NCBI GenBank assembly: GCA_965287045.1
Contig: OZ336872.1
Coordinates: 109,306,001-109,370,000 of the forward strand
DNA length: 64,000 nucleotides
Direction: 5' to 3'
Origin: Carcharhinus amblyrhynchos
Lineage: Eukaryota
The notes under the pieces are model-generated. The model saw only the letters and a list, made by a program, of their open reading frames with translations. It was not told the origin of the DNA and did not search any database. The position numbers were made by a program, and so were the translations under genes. Each line of letters opens with the position of its first letter. The first letter of the stretch is position 1. Positions 37,473 through 50,405 of this stretch are shown here, in pieces.

Positions 37473-39750
37473 ATAGAATCATACAGTGTAAAAGAGGCCC
37501 TTCGGCCCATTGAGTCTCGACTGACATGTGTGAAAGACAAGACCTCCCACCTAATCTCATTTACATGCACTTGGTCCATAGCCTTGAATGTTACCATGTG
37601 CCAAGTTCTCATCCAGGTACTTTTTAAAGAATGTGAGGCAACGCGTCTCTCCCACATTCCCAGGTTATACATTCCAGACCGTCACCACCCTCTGGATAAA
37701 AAATGTTTTCCTCACATTACCTCTAAACTTCCTGTTCCTCATCTTGAACCCATATCCCTTCCTGACTGACCCTTCAGCTAAGGGGGATATCTGCTCCTTA
37801 TCCATTCTGGTCATGCTCCTCATAATCTTGTACCATCAGTCATCTTTTTTCCAATGAAAACAATCCAACCCAATCCAAACTTTCTTCATATCTTAGATGT
37901 TCCATCCCATGCAGCAGCCAGGTGAATCTCCTCTGCACCCACTCCAGTGCAATTGCATTCTTCCTGTAATGTGGCATCCAGACTACATACATTACTTCAA
38001 CTGTGGCATCACCAAAGTTCTGTCCAACTCCAATATGACTTCCCTGCTTTTGTAATCTATTCCATATGCCTTTTTCACCACCCTACTAACATACCTTTCC
38101 TCCTTCAGAGATCTATGGGCAAACACACCAAGATCCCTTTGTTCCATGAACTTTATAGCATCATGCCATTCACTGAATACTTCCTTGTCAAATTTATCCT
38201 TCAGTTGATATATCACCTCACACTTTTCAGGGTTAAATGCCATCTGCACTGATCAGTCCATGTGGGGGTTATCTTTCCCCTCCTGTCTACATCTTCTTGT
38301 AGCCCAAGATATCAGCCTCACAGTTAACCACCCAGCCAATCGTTGAGTCATCTGCAAGCTTATTGATTCTACCCCCCACATAGTCATCAATGTCATTTAT
38401 ATAAATGACAAATAGGTGACCTAACATAGATCCTTGTGGTACCCACCGGATACCTTGTATTACACGTGCATTTGCCTTCTTTGTAAGGCTCCCATGTTGG
38501 ACCTTGTCAAATGTTTTGCTGAAATCTATATTAACGACATCAACTACATTACCCTCACCTACACACCAGGTCACATCCTCATCCTCAAAGAAATTGTATC
38601 AAATTCATTAGGCATGATATTCCTCTGATGAAAGCATGCTGACTATCCCTGATCAAATCCTGCCTCTCTAACTGGAGATAGATGGCCTCCTTCACAATTT
38701 TCTCCAATGGCTTTTTGACCATTGACGTGAGATTCACTGTAGTTTCCTGGCTTATCTCTACAGCCCTTCTTAAATAGCGGAACCACACTAGCTGTTTTCA
38801 GCCCTCTTGTACCTCCCCCATAGCCAGAGAGGGATTAAAAATTTGGATTGGAGCCCACAGCAGCCAGAGACACAATTCATCCTTCTCCATATCAATTTGC
38901 TCAAAACCCTTGCAATCTCTTTCCCTGAATTCCATACTTTCATCTTCATTGTCTTGAGTGAAGAGGCTGTGAAGTATTCATTCAGTACTTTATTAATGTC
39001 CTCTGACTTCACCCACAGATTGCTGCCTTGGTTCCTAATGGGCCCTACTCTTTCCCTGGTTATCCTCTTTCTATTGATACAGTTTCAGAATATCTTGGGA
39101 TGTTCCCTGTTTTCACACACCATAGCTTTCTCATATCCCTCTTCGCTTTCCTAATTGCTTTGTTGAGCTCCAGCTTGCACTTTCAGTACTTCTCTGCTGA
39201 TTTGCTCTTCTTGTACCAAGTAAAACTTTTCCTTCTAATTGTACCCTAATATTTTCAGCCATCCTGGGGGTCTACAATAAACACCTAGCAATGTGACTGC
39301 CCTTTTATAATTCCAAAGCTCTCTCCATGAAGTTTATTCGATGCCCCCTCCAAGGCATCATCTCTCCTTACTAGAGTAATGGACTCCTTAGCTAATTATA
39401 CAATACCTCCTGCTCTTTTACTCCCTCCCCTGTCTCACCTGAAGATTCTATATCCTAGAAAGCTGAGCCGCCAATCCTGCTGCTCCCGAACCACATCTCT
39501 GTGATGGCTACTATATCAAATTCCACACGTCAATCATTCCCCTTTACTCATCAGTTTTACCTGCAATACTTCTAGCGTTAAAGAAGAGGTTATCCAGCCT
39601 TGCCTTATGCTCTTGAAACTTATGCAGCCCTCTGACTTGGAAGTTTTACTGTATGATGTTGTGCGCATATCCTGCAGTCTATGCCTCCATCTCCGCCCAA
39701 TTAGGTTAAACTCCTCCCAATAGCACTAGCAAAATATCCCATAAGGACGT
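37473..39750 (-). mobile_element. Degenerate CR1 in intron 1 of NP copy B
   Basis: VDVVNIDFSKTFDKV, PQGSMLGHLFVIYINDID, KLADDS, QMAFNPEKCEVI. Confidence 0.85.
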
Positions 39751-40361
39751 TTCAACCCAGCATTTTTCAGGCCGTCTTATTTATACCTGAGTTTGTCATC
39801 AAATATTAGGAATGAAACGTGAGATTATAGAGCATCAATTTAAGTGCATTAATCAATACATCATTTCAATATAAAGAAATCCTATAGTAGTTGCAAAATG
39901 CACCTGTTTTGTGTAAATTCCAAATGGTTTTTTTTGTAAATATAACATTTATCAGTTGCATTAGCACAATGCATGCAAATATTATTTTCACTGATATCCA
40001 GATTTTAAAGACAGCAAAACGGTATAAGTTTCTAACAATTACACGGTTACTCAGTTTAGTCAGATTATTAATATGGAGCTAGGTTAAGCTAAACTATGCA
40101 CTCATAGACTCATAGAATGCCGAAGGAGGCCATTCGGTCCACTGAGTTTGCATTGACTGACAGAGTACCTTACCCAGGCCCTCTCCCCTTGCCATGTTCC
40201 TATCATGTCTAATTCACCAAATCTGCACATCTTTACACTTGGGGAGGAAATTGGGGAGGAACGGTGAGAGAGCAGTGCGAACCACAATAATGACAATAAT
40301 GCTAAGCATTGTGCCAACATGCTGCCCATTCTACTGATCCCACCAACTCACATCAATTTAC

Positions 40362-40451
40362 TTGCTTTGAGCGAAGCAGGTAGTTTGCATCCGCCCTTGT
40401 GGTCAAGAGAGCTATGAATAGTCCAGAAAGCAAAATCCAGAAGACGCTCAT
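40362..40451 (-). CDS. Natriuretic-peptide-like precursor copy B, coding exon 1 (signal peptide)
   Basis: ggaATG..MSVFWILLSGLFIALLTTRADANYLLRSKQ|gtaaat; 90 nt, phase 0, hydrophobic core with A-D-A cleavage motif; joins exon 2 in frame to give 95 aa. Confidence 0.85.
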
Positions 40452-40572
40452 TCCTGTTTGATAAAATGGCCAAATGTGCACCTAGATACAATGAAATGAA
40501 AGTTGGTTAGAGTTCTGTCTGCTGCCTCGAGAGCAAGAGTCCTCTACTGCTTTCCCGGCTGCTTTTCAATCA

Positions 40573-40600
40573 TTTTATAACGTGGAATGACGTCAGCGGG
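40573..40600 (-). promoter_or_regulatory. TATA box and perfect CRE of NP copy B
   Basis: Minus strand cccgcTGACGTCAttccacgtTATAAAA (CRE 40588-40595, TATA 40573-40579), about 120 nt upstream of the ATG. Confidence 0.8.
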
Positions 40601-42514
40601 CGTCTGTTTTGGAACTTATTAAGCTGTAACTCAGTTGCAGCGAGAACAATGTGGAAGATCTGCACGATACAAATCTGGTTCCAAATTATTTGTTTAATAT
40701 CCGGGGATATTTGGTGCAATCTCTATTCTTTGTACAACTACCATTAAAACATTCGCGTAATTCAGTGATGGCCTTAAATACCATAGTAAGTGTATTTTAT
40801 CTTAGTTATAGGATTAATCCTTTGACGTCTATTGATGTATGTATGTAACACTTTGAACTCAGATTTACAGTTTAGATGTGAAAACACTCGGAGAGCAGAA
40901 TGGGTGCACAACTATCCGAGAAAAACGTAAATATCTGCACTTTTCACAAAATTAACAACGTACACAATCAGCAACTTAGCTGAATAGTTCATAAGTACAA
41001 ATGTATTATTCCACATTGAAATCTTCAACGAATAAAACTGGAAGCAATCCATCATATCTCGAAGATTGTCTATTTTAATAGAAGAATTCGCTTTATTCGT
41101 TAACTTCAGTAAAATCTGCAAATCTTAGCTTTTGAGAAAACAAAATTGTACAATTCTGTTTCACACCACTTTGGGAATGTGAGATATTACTGAACAAACA
41201 TGCAGATATCTTTAATACATGTTGTCAGAGATAAGCTAAAATAATGCAGCACTGCAAATCCCTGTGTCAGTTAATGCCATGCTTAGGGGGAATTAGATAT
41301 AGTGTTTGGGTCATTTCTTTGCTTCAGTTCCAACAGAACAACTATGAGAATTGGGAACTGGCATTGTAACTATATAAGAGAAGCATTAACTCACTTAATA
41401 AAGCAACAAATAATTATATGTAAATGTTCCCAAAATATCATTTGATGATATGAATGCTTCCCCGTTTTATTTGCATTAACACCGTCTCTGTATTTAAATG
41501 CCCGCTCTGAAGTTAAATGTAAGGATGGGGAGGAGTCTGGGGAAGGTGAGGATAGATATCCAGGCTGCAAACCATAGGCAACCTATTCCATCCAACACCC
41601 CCAAACTCCCCCGCACCCTCACCCTGGCAATCTTTGGACCAGGATGGACTATTTCAATTTTGTGGGTGTAGAGTTTTTGGAAGGGCTGTCTCATTGCAGT
41701 TCCCGTCGGAATGAGGCTAGCCGGACACCAACACTTCTTCAGTCTTCCTATGAATAATTTAACTTGTCTGGAGGCTTGGTCGGGGGTACCTAATGCAGCC
41801 CAGCCTCTGGTTGAACCGGTGACATTGGAAGCATTTTCCATGTTAGAAATTGCAGAAACATTTGAGAGCGAATGAATGCATGATTAGATTGTCAATACGG
41901 AATTAATCCAATTTCTGCAAACTATCGGTAAAAATGATCATGTTGACATTGTAACTGGGATAATCAGGTGTGAACAAAAACTCATTTCACACAAACATTT
42001 TACAAAATCTATTTGTACAATCTGAAAATATTTACGTAGTTTTAAATGCGCTGTGTATCGGAATCTGAACAAATGTGAATGACCTGCTCTACACGTTACA
42101 TCTTGATTTTCAATGCACTTGTAACGCTTCATCTGCATTGGATTCCTATGTTGAGAGTCGATTGTAGTCAGTGCTAAGCAATCGCAAACTTTAACATTTC
42201 TGACAGGTTTTCATTTTCACTTGATTTCATTTGTTGTCCCTCCTGCATTATTGTTGTAGTAATTGCTTTCCCCGATTTATTACCAGTGAAACACTAATCC
42301 ATTGATTGGTCAGCTCCAGGCTTGCTAGCCATCATAGCCTCCATAACAGGCAGACTTCATGCCACAAAGCTCTGTTCCCTGTTCTTCTTTCCATTCAGTG
42401 TAATTTATTCACTCTACATTGGAGATACTAGATGCAGAAGAGATATTCCACTTTGAGGAAGGTCTCCTTCCAGTCTTCAACTGCCCTCAGTCTGACCTCT
42501 GGCTCCTACTGTGC

Positions 42515-42703
42515 GAATCTTTACACCTACTTTCTTGCATCTCTGTAAAAACTCGATGTGTGTGTCAATATGCGCAACCTTCTTGGAGATCCTCTCCACT
42601 TGGATCCGGCAGTTTGCGGTGTCGATAGTAGTCATGATGACATCTATCAACACAGACATCAAGTTTTTACAGAGATGCAAGAAAGTAGGTGTAAAGGTTT
42701 GCA
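42515..42703 (-). mobile_element. Penelope-derived fold-back insertion inside an older Penelope GIY-YIG remnant
   Basis: ~58-bp inverted arms (42512-42570 / 42645-42703); TSD tcctactgtgc at 42504-42514 and 42704-42714; encodes MTTIDTANCRIQVERISKK, resembling a PLE ORF start. Confidence 0.7.
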
Positions 42704-43959
42704 TCCTACTGTGCTCCAGTGAAACGCAACATAAGGCTCAGGGAACAGCATTTCATTTTTCCATTGGGAACTGTACAGCCTTCTAAACCCAACGTTGAGG
42801 TCAATCATTTCACACCTTAATTTCGTGCCCCCCCCCCCTGCCCAATTTCTTCCCATTTGTTTGATTGAATTAGTTGGATTCACTGAGCTACGAGATGAAC
42901 TGATTTATCCAATTTTGATGGTGACTAAGCCTGAGTTGAGTCAGTTTATGGACTGGAGAGACAATCTCAGTTAAAAACCCCTGACATGGCCCTACGTTTT
43001 AATATTATTCTTACATTTTTGCCATTCACACCTCAACAGAAATACAGATAGATGAAGCTAGTTATATCCTCTCTGGCTTTGTGTTGTGAGAAGTATAGTC
43101 TGCAGTTGCCTACCGCATTTCACAGAATTTTCCTTTGCGGAAGCCTTTTACAAGTCACCTGCTGAGGATAAATATGGATTAGAAAGGCCAAACATGTCAG
43201 TTCATCCCCCAAATAGGCGTTGCATACTCTGAATGCAACATCTATTTTTTTTTAATGATTTCAGTTTAAACAATTGAACAGTTTTCGCTTCCACAACTCA
43301 GCTGTGGTATCATTCCAAACATTAATCATTGCTATATTTTCCGTGATTCGAGATAATGCAGAAGGGACATGTACTTAATTCGTAAAATGCATGACATGCG
43401 TTGCTTGATATTATCACCCCAAATGACAAAGTACCCATAGTCCTGATCAACACTATACTCACAAGAGTGATATTTTGAATTCTTTGACTTGTTAGTTGCT
43501 AAGCAAAAAGCATTATCCAATTGAATTGATATCTGTTGTAATTGTGAGTAAAAAGTCCATCAACTGACCAGAGGAGGGGCCCACAATCAGTCTGTGTGGC
43601 AGAGGGGGATAAGGGGGTTAGTAACGTTGTAAGGGAAGGGCAATATCTGTGGGGGTCAGGGGCAGGAATTATCTGGCCTGGGAGAGATGTGGTGGGGAGC
43701 AGCATTCTATCACATCATCTGTGCATGCGCAATTGGAGGCGTCAATCAGAGCTGCAGGAATTTGGGCATGTTAAGCCCCGCCCACAGGCTTGTGCAGCGT
43801 GATTCAGAATCACTAATATTTTTGCATGCAGAGCGCAAATGGGAGTGCCTCAGAACAGGTCTAAAAGCCAGAACTGAAACATTCCCAGTTTCAAGACTGC
43901 CCAGCACTTAGAATCAAAATGGTAAAATAGGGCCCATTGTGTACAGGAGCAGGATTTTC

Positions 43960-44820
43960 TGTGAGGTATATCTATGGTTAGATTTAATGGACAGCATGGA
44001 TATGACTTGTGCTACCATTCTGAGAACACAGTGGACGGGGTTGTGATATGCCCAGTAGATGTGCTCAGGTACACAGACAGGATGATTCAGGAAATAGTCT
44101 GTATTACAATGAGGGCACTGGATGAGAATCAGCCAGCCACATTAAATGTATTTGATCAAAGTTTTTCCTAGCTTGGCAGCTTTTCCCTGCTTTTATGCAC
44201 TGCCTTCTGCTGGGAATTGGGAGACAGCTAACTGGATTATGGTTCTTCTTGCCAACTAGCTGTGCTGAATAATTGCCTATGTATTTTTAATCATAAACAA
44301 GAAATATTTAACAGCATTTCCTATTGCGTAGCAGGGGTACCGACTGTTATTCTATTTGTTTGACTGCATCAGTACAGGACATACCAAGGCAATTTTCCAC
44401 ATTGCCATATAAGTGCTAATTCGGTTCCAGTACAGCTACAACTTCTGCCTCTAGCTGGCAATCTGGAAAATTACCCAGGTATGTCCTGCAGACACAAACT
44501 CCGGAGGTGAGGTAACAGTGACATCAAGGCAGTGTTTGACTGAGCATTTGACAAAGGCATCAAGGAGCCCTTGCAAAATTGGAGTGAATGAGAATCAAGG
44601 GGAAACTCTCCTTAAGTTGGAGCTGTGTTGGATGAATACCATGATGTGCACTAAACTATCAAGGTTTGTTGCAAGGGCTCTGAGGCCATTAGCTGACAGA
44701 AAATATTGGAAGGCCTCTGAATGGTACACATGGCTGACATTTTACAGTCTGCCATGGCTAAAGGGGATATTTCCTCATGAATATCTAGAGAATTGGGTGG
44801 CCATTCTCTGGGTTTCTATC
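43960..44820 (+). mobile_element. CACTA/EnSpm-like transposase fragments
   Basis: RFNGQHGYDLCYH (cf. FNGxYGCxxC) and RPLADRKYWKASEWYTWLTFYSLPWLKG (cf. WKASE..WLLFYSLP). Confidence 0.6.
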
Positions 44821-45131
44821 ATAGAATCATAGATTCCCTACAGTGCAGTAGGAGGCCATTCAGCCCATCGAACCTGCACTGACAGTAATCCCGCCCAGAC
44901 CCTATCCCTGTAATCCCAAGTATTTACCCTATTAATCTCTCTGACACTAAGGAACAATTTGTCATGGCCAATCTACCTAACCCGCACATCTTTGTACTGT
45001 GGGAGGAAACTGGAGCATCTGGAAGATACCCATGTACAAACTCCAGACAGACAGTAACCTGAGGCTAGAATTGAACCTAGGTCCCTGGTGCTGTAATGGA
45101 GCAGTGCTGACCACTTTGCCACCATGGTGCC
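44821..45131 (-). mobile_element. HE1-like SINE
   Basis: Matches 407-735. Confidence 0.8.
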
Positions 45132-46959
45132 ACTATTTGTCAAATTTCTACCCGAACGTAACCCCTGGAATCTGGGTATCATTCTCTCTCCAATGCCAAA
45201 ACATCCTTCCAAAGATGTGGCCAGAGAATTCCTCTTTGATTACTGGTTAAGGAAATCAGGTAATGAGAGGTTCTGAATGTTCTGTCTCGAAGGGAGAAGT
45301 GTTCCATTACTCCTCCAATAATAAAATACTAACAAACAATTTTAATGGAATTAGTGAACCTGTTTCTTTGAGAAATGAATTCAAAAAGTCACTTTGGAAA
45401 TTGAATCGTTATGGTGGAATTATTCTTAATTCACCTATTGAAGGGGTAGAATATTTACAAGGCAATAATTTGGCTAATGGAGTCAGTAATGTGGTGACAA
45501 TAGTATTACAGATGTTAACCAATTCCTGAAAGTTAGGGTGGTCAAAAATGAGATGCTGATTGCAGATAAGCAATCGAAAGAAAACCTGATTAATGTATGA
45601 GATCAATTTTCATGTACAAAAGAATTCATTGAAGGAAAAGGAGAATTGGTAAGAAGAATCAGTCACAGAAAGTGGAACACTTGACTGAGGACTTGAACTG
45701 GTTAACTTAATTGCAATGTTTCTGTAAGCCTACTTGTGACACTAATAAATAAATCAATGAATTAAATAATAAAGTTATAGAAGCAAATTTGATAACGGTC
45801 AACCTCAAGTTAAAACTTACTAGACTTCAAGCAGCAGATGTCTCTATGAAGCATTACAGAAAATGCCTTCAACTGGAGAAGGGATTGCTGGTAAATCAGA
45901 ATTGTTTGAATGCTGAATTAAAAATCAAATTTGGGGGGAAACCCACCCCTGATACAATGGAAAATGGAAGGTAGTGCCCTGACATGAACACTGCTTGTGA
46001 AAATTACAAAAGGATACACAAATGAAGTTAGTGTGGAATTGTTCACTACTAAATTAAATGAGTGTATTTTAAATTAAAGCAGCTCAACACCACTTACAAA
46101 AGAGACTTTGAATGGGCACTTTGTCCACTATATTAAACAATCATTTCCTCTACCTTTAGCATATCTACAAAATTCACTGCAGCAACTCACCAAGGCTTCT
46201 ACAGCACCTTCCAAACTAAGGTGCTCTGCCATTTAGGTGGACAAGAACAACTGATGCATGCAGATTACCACCTACAAGTTCCCATCCAAGCCATATTGCA
46301 TCTGACTCGGAACTATATTGGTGCTCCTTCAGTCGCTGGATCAAAATCGTGGAACACCCTGCCTGACAGTCCCTACACCACAACACTGGACTGCAGCAGT
46401 TCAAGAAGCCAACGCACCATCACCTAAGGACAGCTAGGGCTGGGCAAGAAACACTGGTTTAGCCCACAACATTGACTCCTGTGAAAGAATAAATTAAAAT
46501 TTCAAATAACTTTTGATTCCACAGAGCTTGTAAAGAAATTACAAACTTTCCTTACAGGTCAAGTTTGTTACAGATTTACCAGGGTCTAAGTTTATTGCTT
46601 AATAACTTCTTTGGCCTTGAAGACTAATCTTGCATTTGAGAGATGTCAAATTTCTCCATTACAATTGTATAGATGTTTAAAGTAAGGACTATATTTTTAC
46701 GGTTTCTGATCTTCCAGCTTAGGCCCTTAAGTACATTCTAAACTTTATTTCCCTCGCTGTAAAATAATAGTGTTTTAGAGATCCCAATTTACTTTAAGAG
46801 AATTCTTCAATACGATTGACTGCTACATGTGACTCCAGATCCACAGCGATGAGGTTGACTCTTAACTGCTCCTCAATGGCGATTAGGGATGGGCAATAAA
46901 CATTGGCCCAGCCAGCAAAACCCCAGGTCCCATGAACAAATAAAAAACAAGGGTATTTC

Positions 46960-49900
46960 ATATTTATACCAAGGCTGGGATCTGAATATCAAAGCATATT
47001 TGATACTTAGGAAGGCCAGGCAAAAAAGAACAGTAGCTGGTGGGATGGCATTGTTAGTAAGCAGTGGTTAGCACCAAGGACCCAGATTCAATTCCCGGCT
47101 TAGGTCACTTTCTGTATGGAGTTTGCACGTTCTTCCCATGTCTGCATGGGTTTCCATGGGGTGTTCCAGTTTCCTCCCACAATCCAAAAAATGTGCTGGT
47201 TAGGTGGAATGGCTATGCTAAATTCTCCGTCAGTGTACTTGAACAACGCCAGAGTGTGGCAACTAGGGGATTTCCACAGTAACTTAACTGCAGTGTTAAT
47301 GTAAGCCTACTTGTGACTAATAAATAAACTTTTATTTTAAAGGATGAAATCAGTGCAATAGTGAGAAAGGATATTGGCTTAGAAAATCCAAATATGGAAT
47401 CAGCGTGGGTAGTACTCAGCAACAAATGGAGAACAATGGTGGGAGCATGTGTGGGCCTCGAAACAGTAGTGGTAAGGTAGCAAGTGGCATTAAACAGAAA
47501 AATAGTAATGCATGCCCCAAAGGGGATACAGGAATCATTGGTGACTTCAATTTACATATAGATAGGGCAAACCAAATCATCAATAATCCTGTGGCAGATG
47601 AATTTGTTTTTTTTTTACGGCAATACATCAAGGAACCAAGGTTATCCTAGATATGGCATTGTGCAATGAGGAGGGGTTAATAATCTTGTTATTCAGGATC
47701 CTTTAGGGAAGAGTAACCATAACATGACAGAATTCTTCATGGAAAGTGAAGTAGCCCAATCCGAAACTGGAGTGCAAAATCTATGCAATGAGGAATGAAC
47801 TGGCTCAGACAAATTGGGGGACTTCATTAAAAGGCGGGTTGGCAGTGGCTACTATTTTAAAAAATGAGAGCATGTGTTGCAACAGTTGCACTTTCCTTTC
47901 AGATACAAAAAGATAATAGGATAAACAGCACAACCACAGCTAACAGGAATTAAGCATGGTATTATTATCCAAAGGGGAGTCACAGCAAGTTGCTAGAAAA
48001 AGTAGCAGGCTCAAGGACTGGGAACAGTTTAGAATTCAGCAAAGGATGACAGGAGATTAAGAGAAGAAATAAGGAACGAGAGTAAACTTTACATAAAAAT
48101 GGAATGTGAAAGCTTTTTTAAGTATGTGAAAGGAAAAAGATAATTGAAGACAAACATAGGGTCCTTATAGTTTGAAATGGAAAAATTTATAATAGAGAAT
48201 AAGAAAATGACAAGAGCAATTAAACAATGACTATCTGCCTTCACAGAAAAAAGGCAAAGAAAGACTTCCCAGAAATGCTCTGGAATGAAGTGTCTCGTGA
48301 AAAATAGGAACTGAAAGAAATGAGTATTAGTAAGAAAGTGTGGGAAATATTAATATGACTGAAAGCTTATAAATCCCAGGGCCTGATCATCCACATTCCA
48401 GGATACTAAAGGTGGTGACCATGGAAATAATGGATGCATTGATTATCATCTTCCAAAATTCTGCATATTCTCAAAACACTCCCTGCAAATTGCAGGGTGA
48501 CAAAACACACTACTTAATAAAAGAGAAAACATGGAATTACACACTGGTTAGCCTAATATCAATAGTAAGAAAAATACTAAAGTATTTTATAAAAAGAATA
48601 TAATGGGACACTTAGAAAATATCAACAGGGTTAGGTAAAATCAACATATAATTATAAAAGCGAAACTGTGTTTGACAAACCTGATTTCTCTTGATCCTAT
48701 AAACCTACTGAAGCATTTTGAGGACATAACTACATTTTGCATGGATTAAGAACTGATCGGCAGTCCAGAGCAGAGTTGGAATAGATGGGCCTTCACAGAG
48801 TGGCAGGCGGTAACTACTGAGGTTCCATAGGGATTGGTGCTGGGCCCAGCTATTCACAATGATTTGCATGAGGGAAACCAAGTTTGCTGACAACACAAAG
48901 CTAGGTGGGAATGAGAGTGGTGAGGTTTATGTAAAAAGGTTTCAAGGTGTTTTAGACAAGTTGAAGAGTGGACAAAGTCATGACAAATGCAGTACAACAG
49001 AAATAAGTGTGAAGTTATCCTCTGTTAGGAAAAGCAGAATGGCAGAGTAATATTTAAACGGTGATAGGTTGGGAAAAGGACCTGGGTGTCCATGTATAGC
49101 AGTCACTGAAAACAAGCACAGTTGCAGCAAGCAGTTAGAAAGGCAAATGCTCTGATGGCCTTCATTGAAGAGACTTGAGTACAAGAGCAAAGATGACAAC
49201 GCAGCTGTACAGAGCTTTGGTGAGACCACAACTGGAATATTCTGTGCAGTTTTGGACTCCTTATTGAAGAAATTATTTACATGCCAAACAGTGAGTGCAT
49301 TACCAGACGGATTCCTGGTCATTTCTGTACAAGGAATGATTGGGTTGAATAGGCTTACATTCGCGGGAGTTTAGAAGAATGAGAGGGGATCTCATTGAAA
49401 TATATAAAATTCTGTCAGGGCTTCAGACTGGATGTAATGATGATGTTCCCCCAGCAGGTGGGTCTCAAACAAGGAGTCAGTCTGAGGACATGGGGAAGGC
49501 CATTTAGGACTGAGATGAGGAAACATTTCTTCATTTGCTGTGAACGTATGGAATGACCTACTACAGAAGGCTATGGTGACCAAGGGCGCAATCTTACCAA
49601 AAAAAGCCAAAGTGCCGAACGAGTGTAAAAACAGGAGTGCTTCAGATCTTCATGCAAAATGATTCCCTCCAATAGGGGGAGGAAAGCTGGCTGCTCACAC
49701 TAGAGGGTGCAACGGAGCATGCACAGATCTCTCTGTACTCTGCTACAGAACAGAGATCTGTCAGTCGCACTCCCCATCCTACCTGGTTGGAAATCCAGGA
49801 CCAGTAGGATTGCAAGAGACAAGGAGCTGGGCGCAAACCCAATGTTTGGATTCTTGTGTGATCTTACTGACTCGCACCATCCACTGACTGGCAGGGCATG

Positions 49901-50135
49901 CTGGTAAGATCGCACTCCACCAGCTGCAACACCCGCCCCCCACCCCCCACCACCAAGTCTCTGAATACATTTAAGGAGGAAATGTATAAATTTTTGAATC
50001 ACTAAAAACATCAAAAGGTATGGGGAGCAAGCAGGAGTTTGGCATTAAGATTGAGGAGGATCAGCCATATTGTATTTAATGTCAAAGCAGGCTCACAGTG
50101 GCCAAATGGCTACTCCTGCTCTCATTTTCTCTCTA
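46960..50135 (+). mobile_element. Long, heavily decayed CR1 (endonuclease through RT and tail) with nested SINE (47060-47332) and MITE
   Basis: IIGDFNLHID (APE domain), IIIFQNS, NYTLVSLISIV, KFADNTKLGG, 3' tail ggctactcctgctc. Confidence 0.8.
49584..49917. mobile_element. Harbinger-type MITE
   Basis: Terminal inverted repeats gggcgcaatcttacca / tggtaagatcgcactc. Confidence 0.6.
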
Positions 50136-50376
50136 ATATGTTTGAAGTTATGGTAGACATCGGTAAAGCAGGAGGTGAGGACAGAATAAAACAGTGTTCT
50201 GTATTGGCAGAAGTGATAAATACTAATGGAACAAATAAAGAAATAAAATATAGGTCTAGAGGTTCAAATGGGAATAGAAACCAATTAATTCCATATAAAC
50301 AAACTTAAAAACACCAGAGTTATGTCTTGCATTAAATCAAATTTAATTTGGTCCACATGAAGAACACTGAAAAACC

Positions 50377-50405
50377 TGATGTTTGCTTCCCTCTAGTGGC
50401 TCAAA
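50377..50405 (-). promoter_or_regulatory. Candidate CTCF site between COPS7B and the NP genes
   Basis: GAGCCACTAGAGGGAAGCA on minus; 29 bp identical with 10632-10660. Confidence 0.5.

Larger units (their letters stand above)
31488..44611 (-). repeat. Tandem duplication unit B of the natriuretic-peptide gene
   Basis: Direct-orientation paralog of 24870-30943 (see blocks listed there). Confidence 0.88.
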
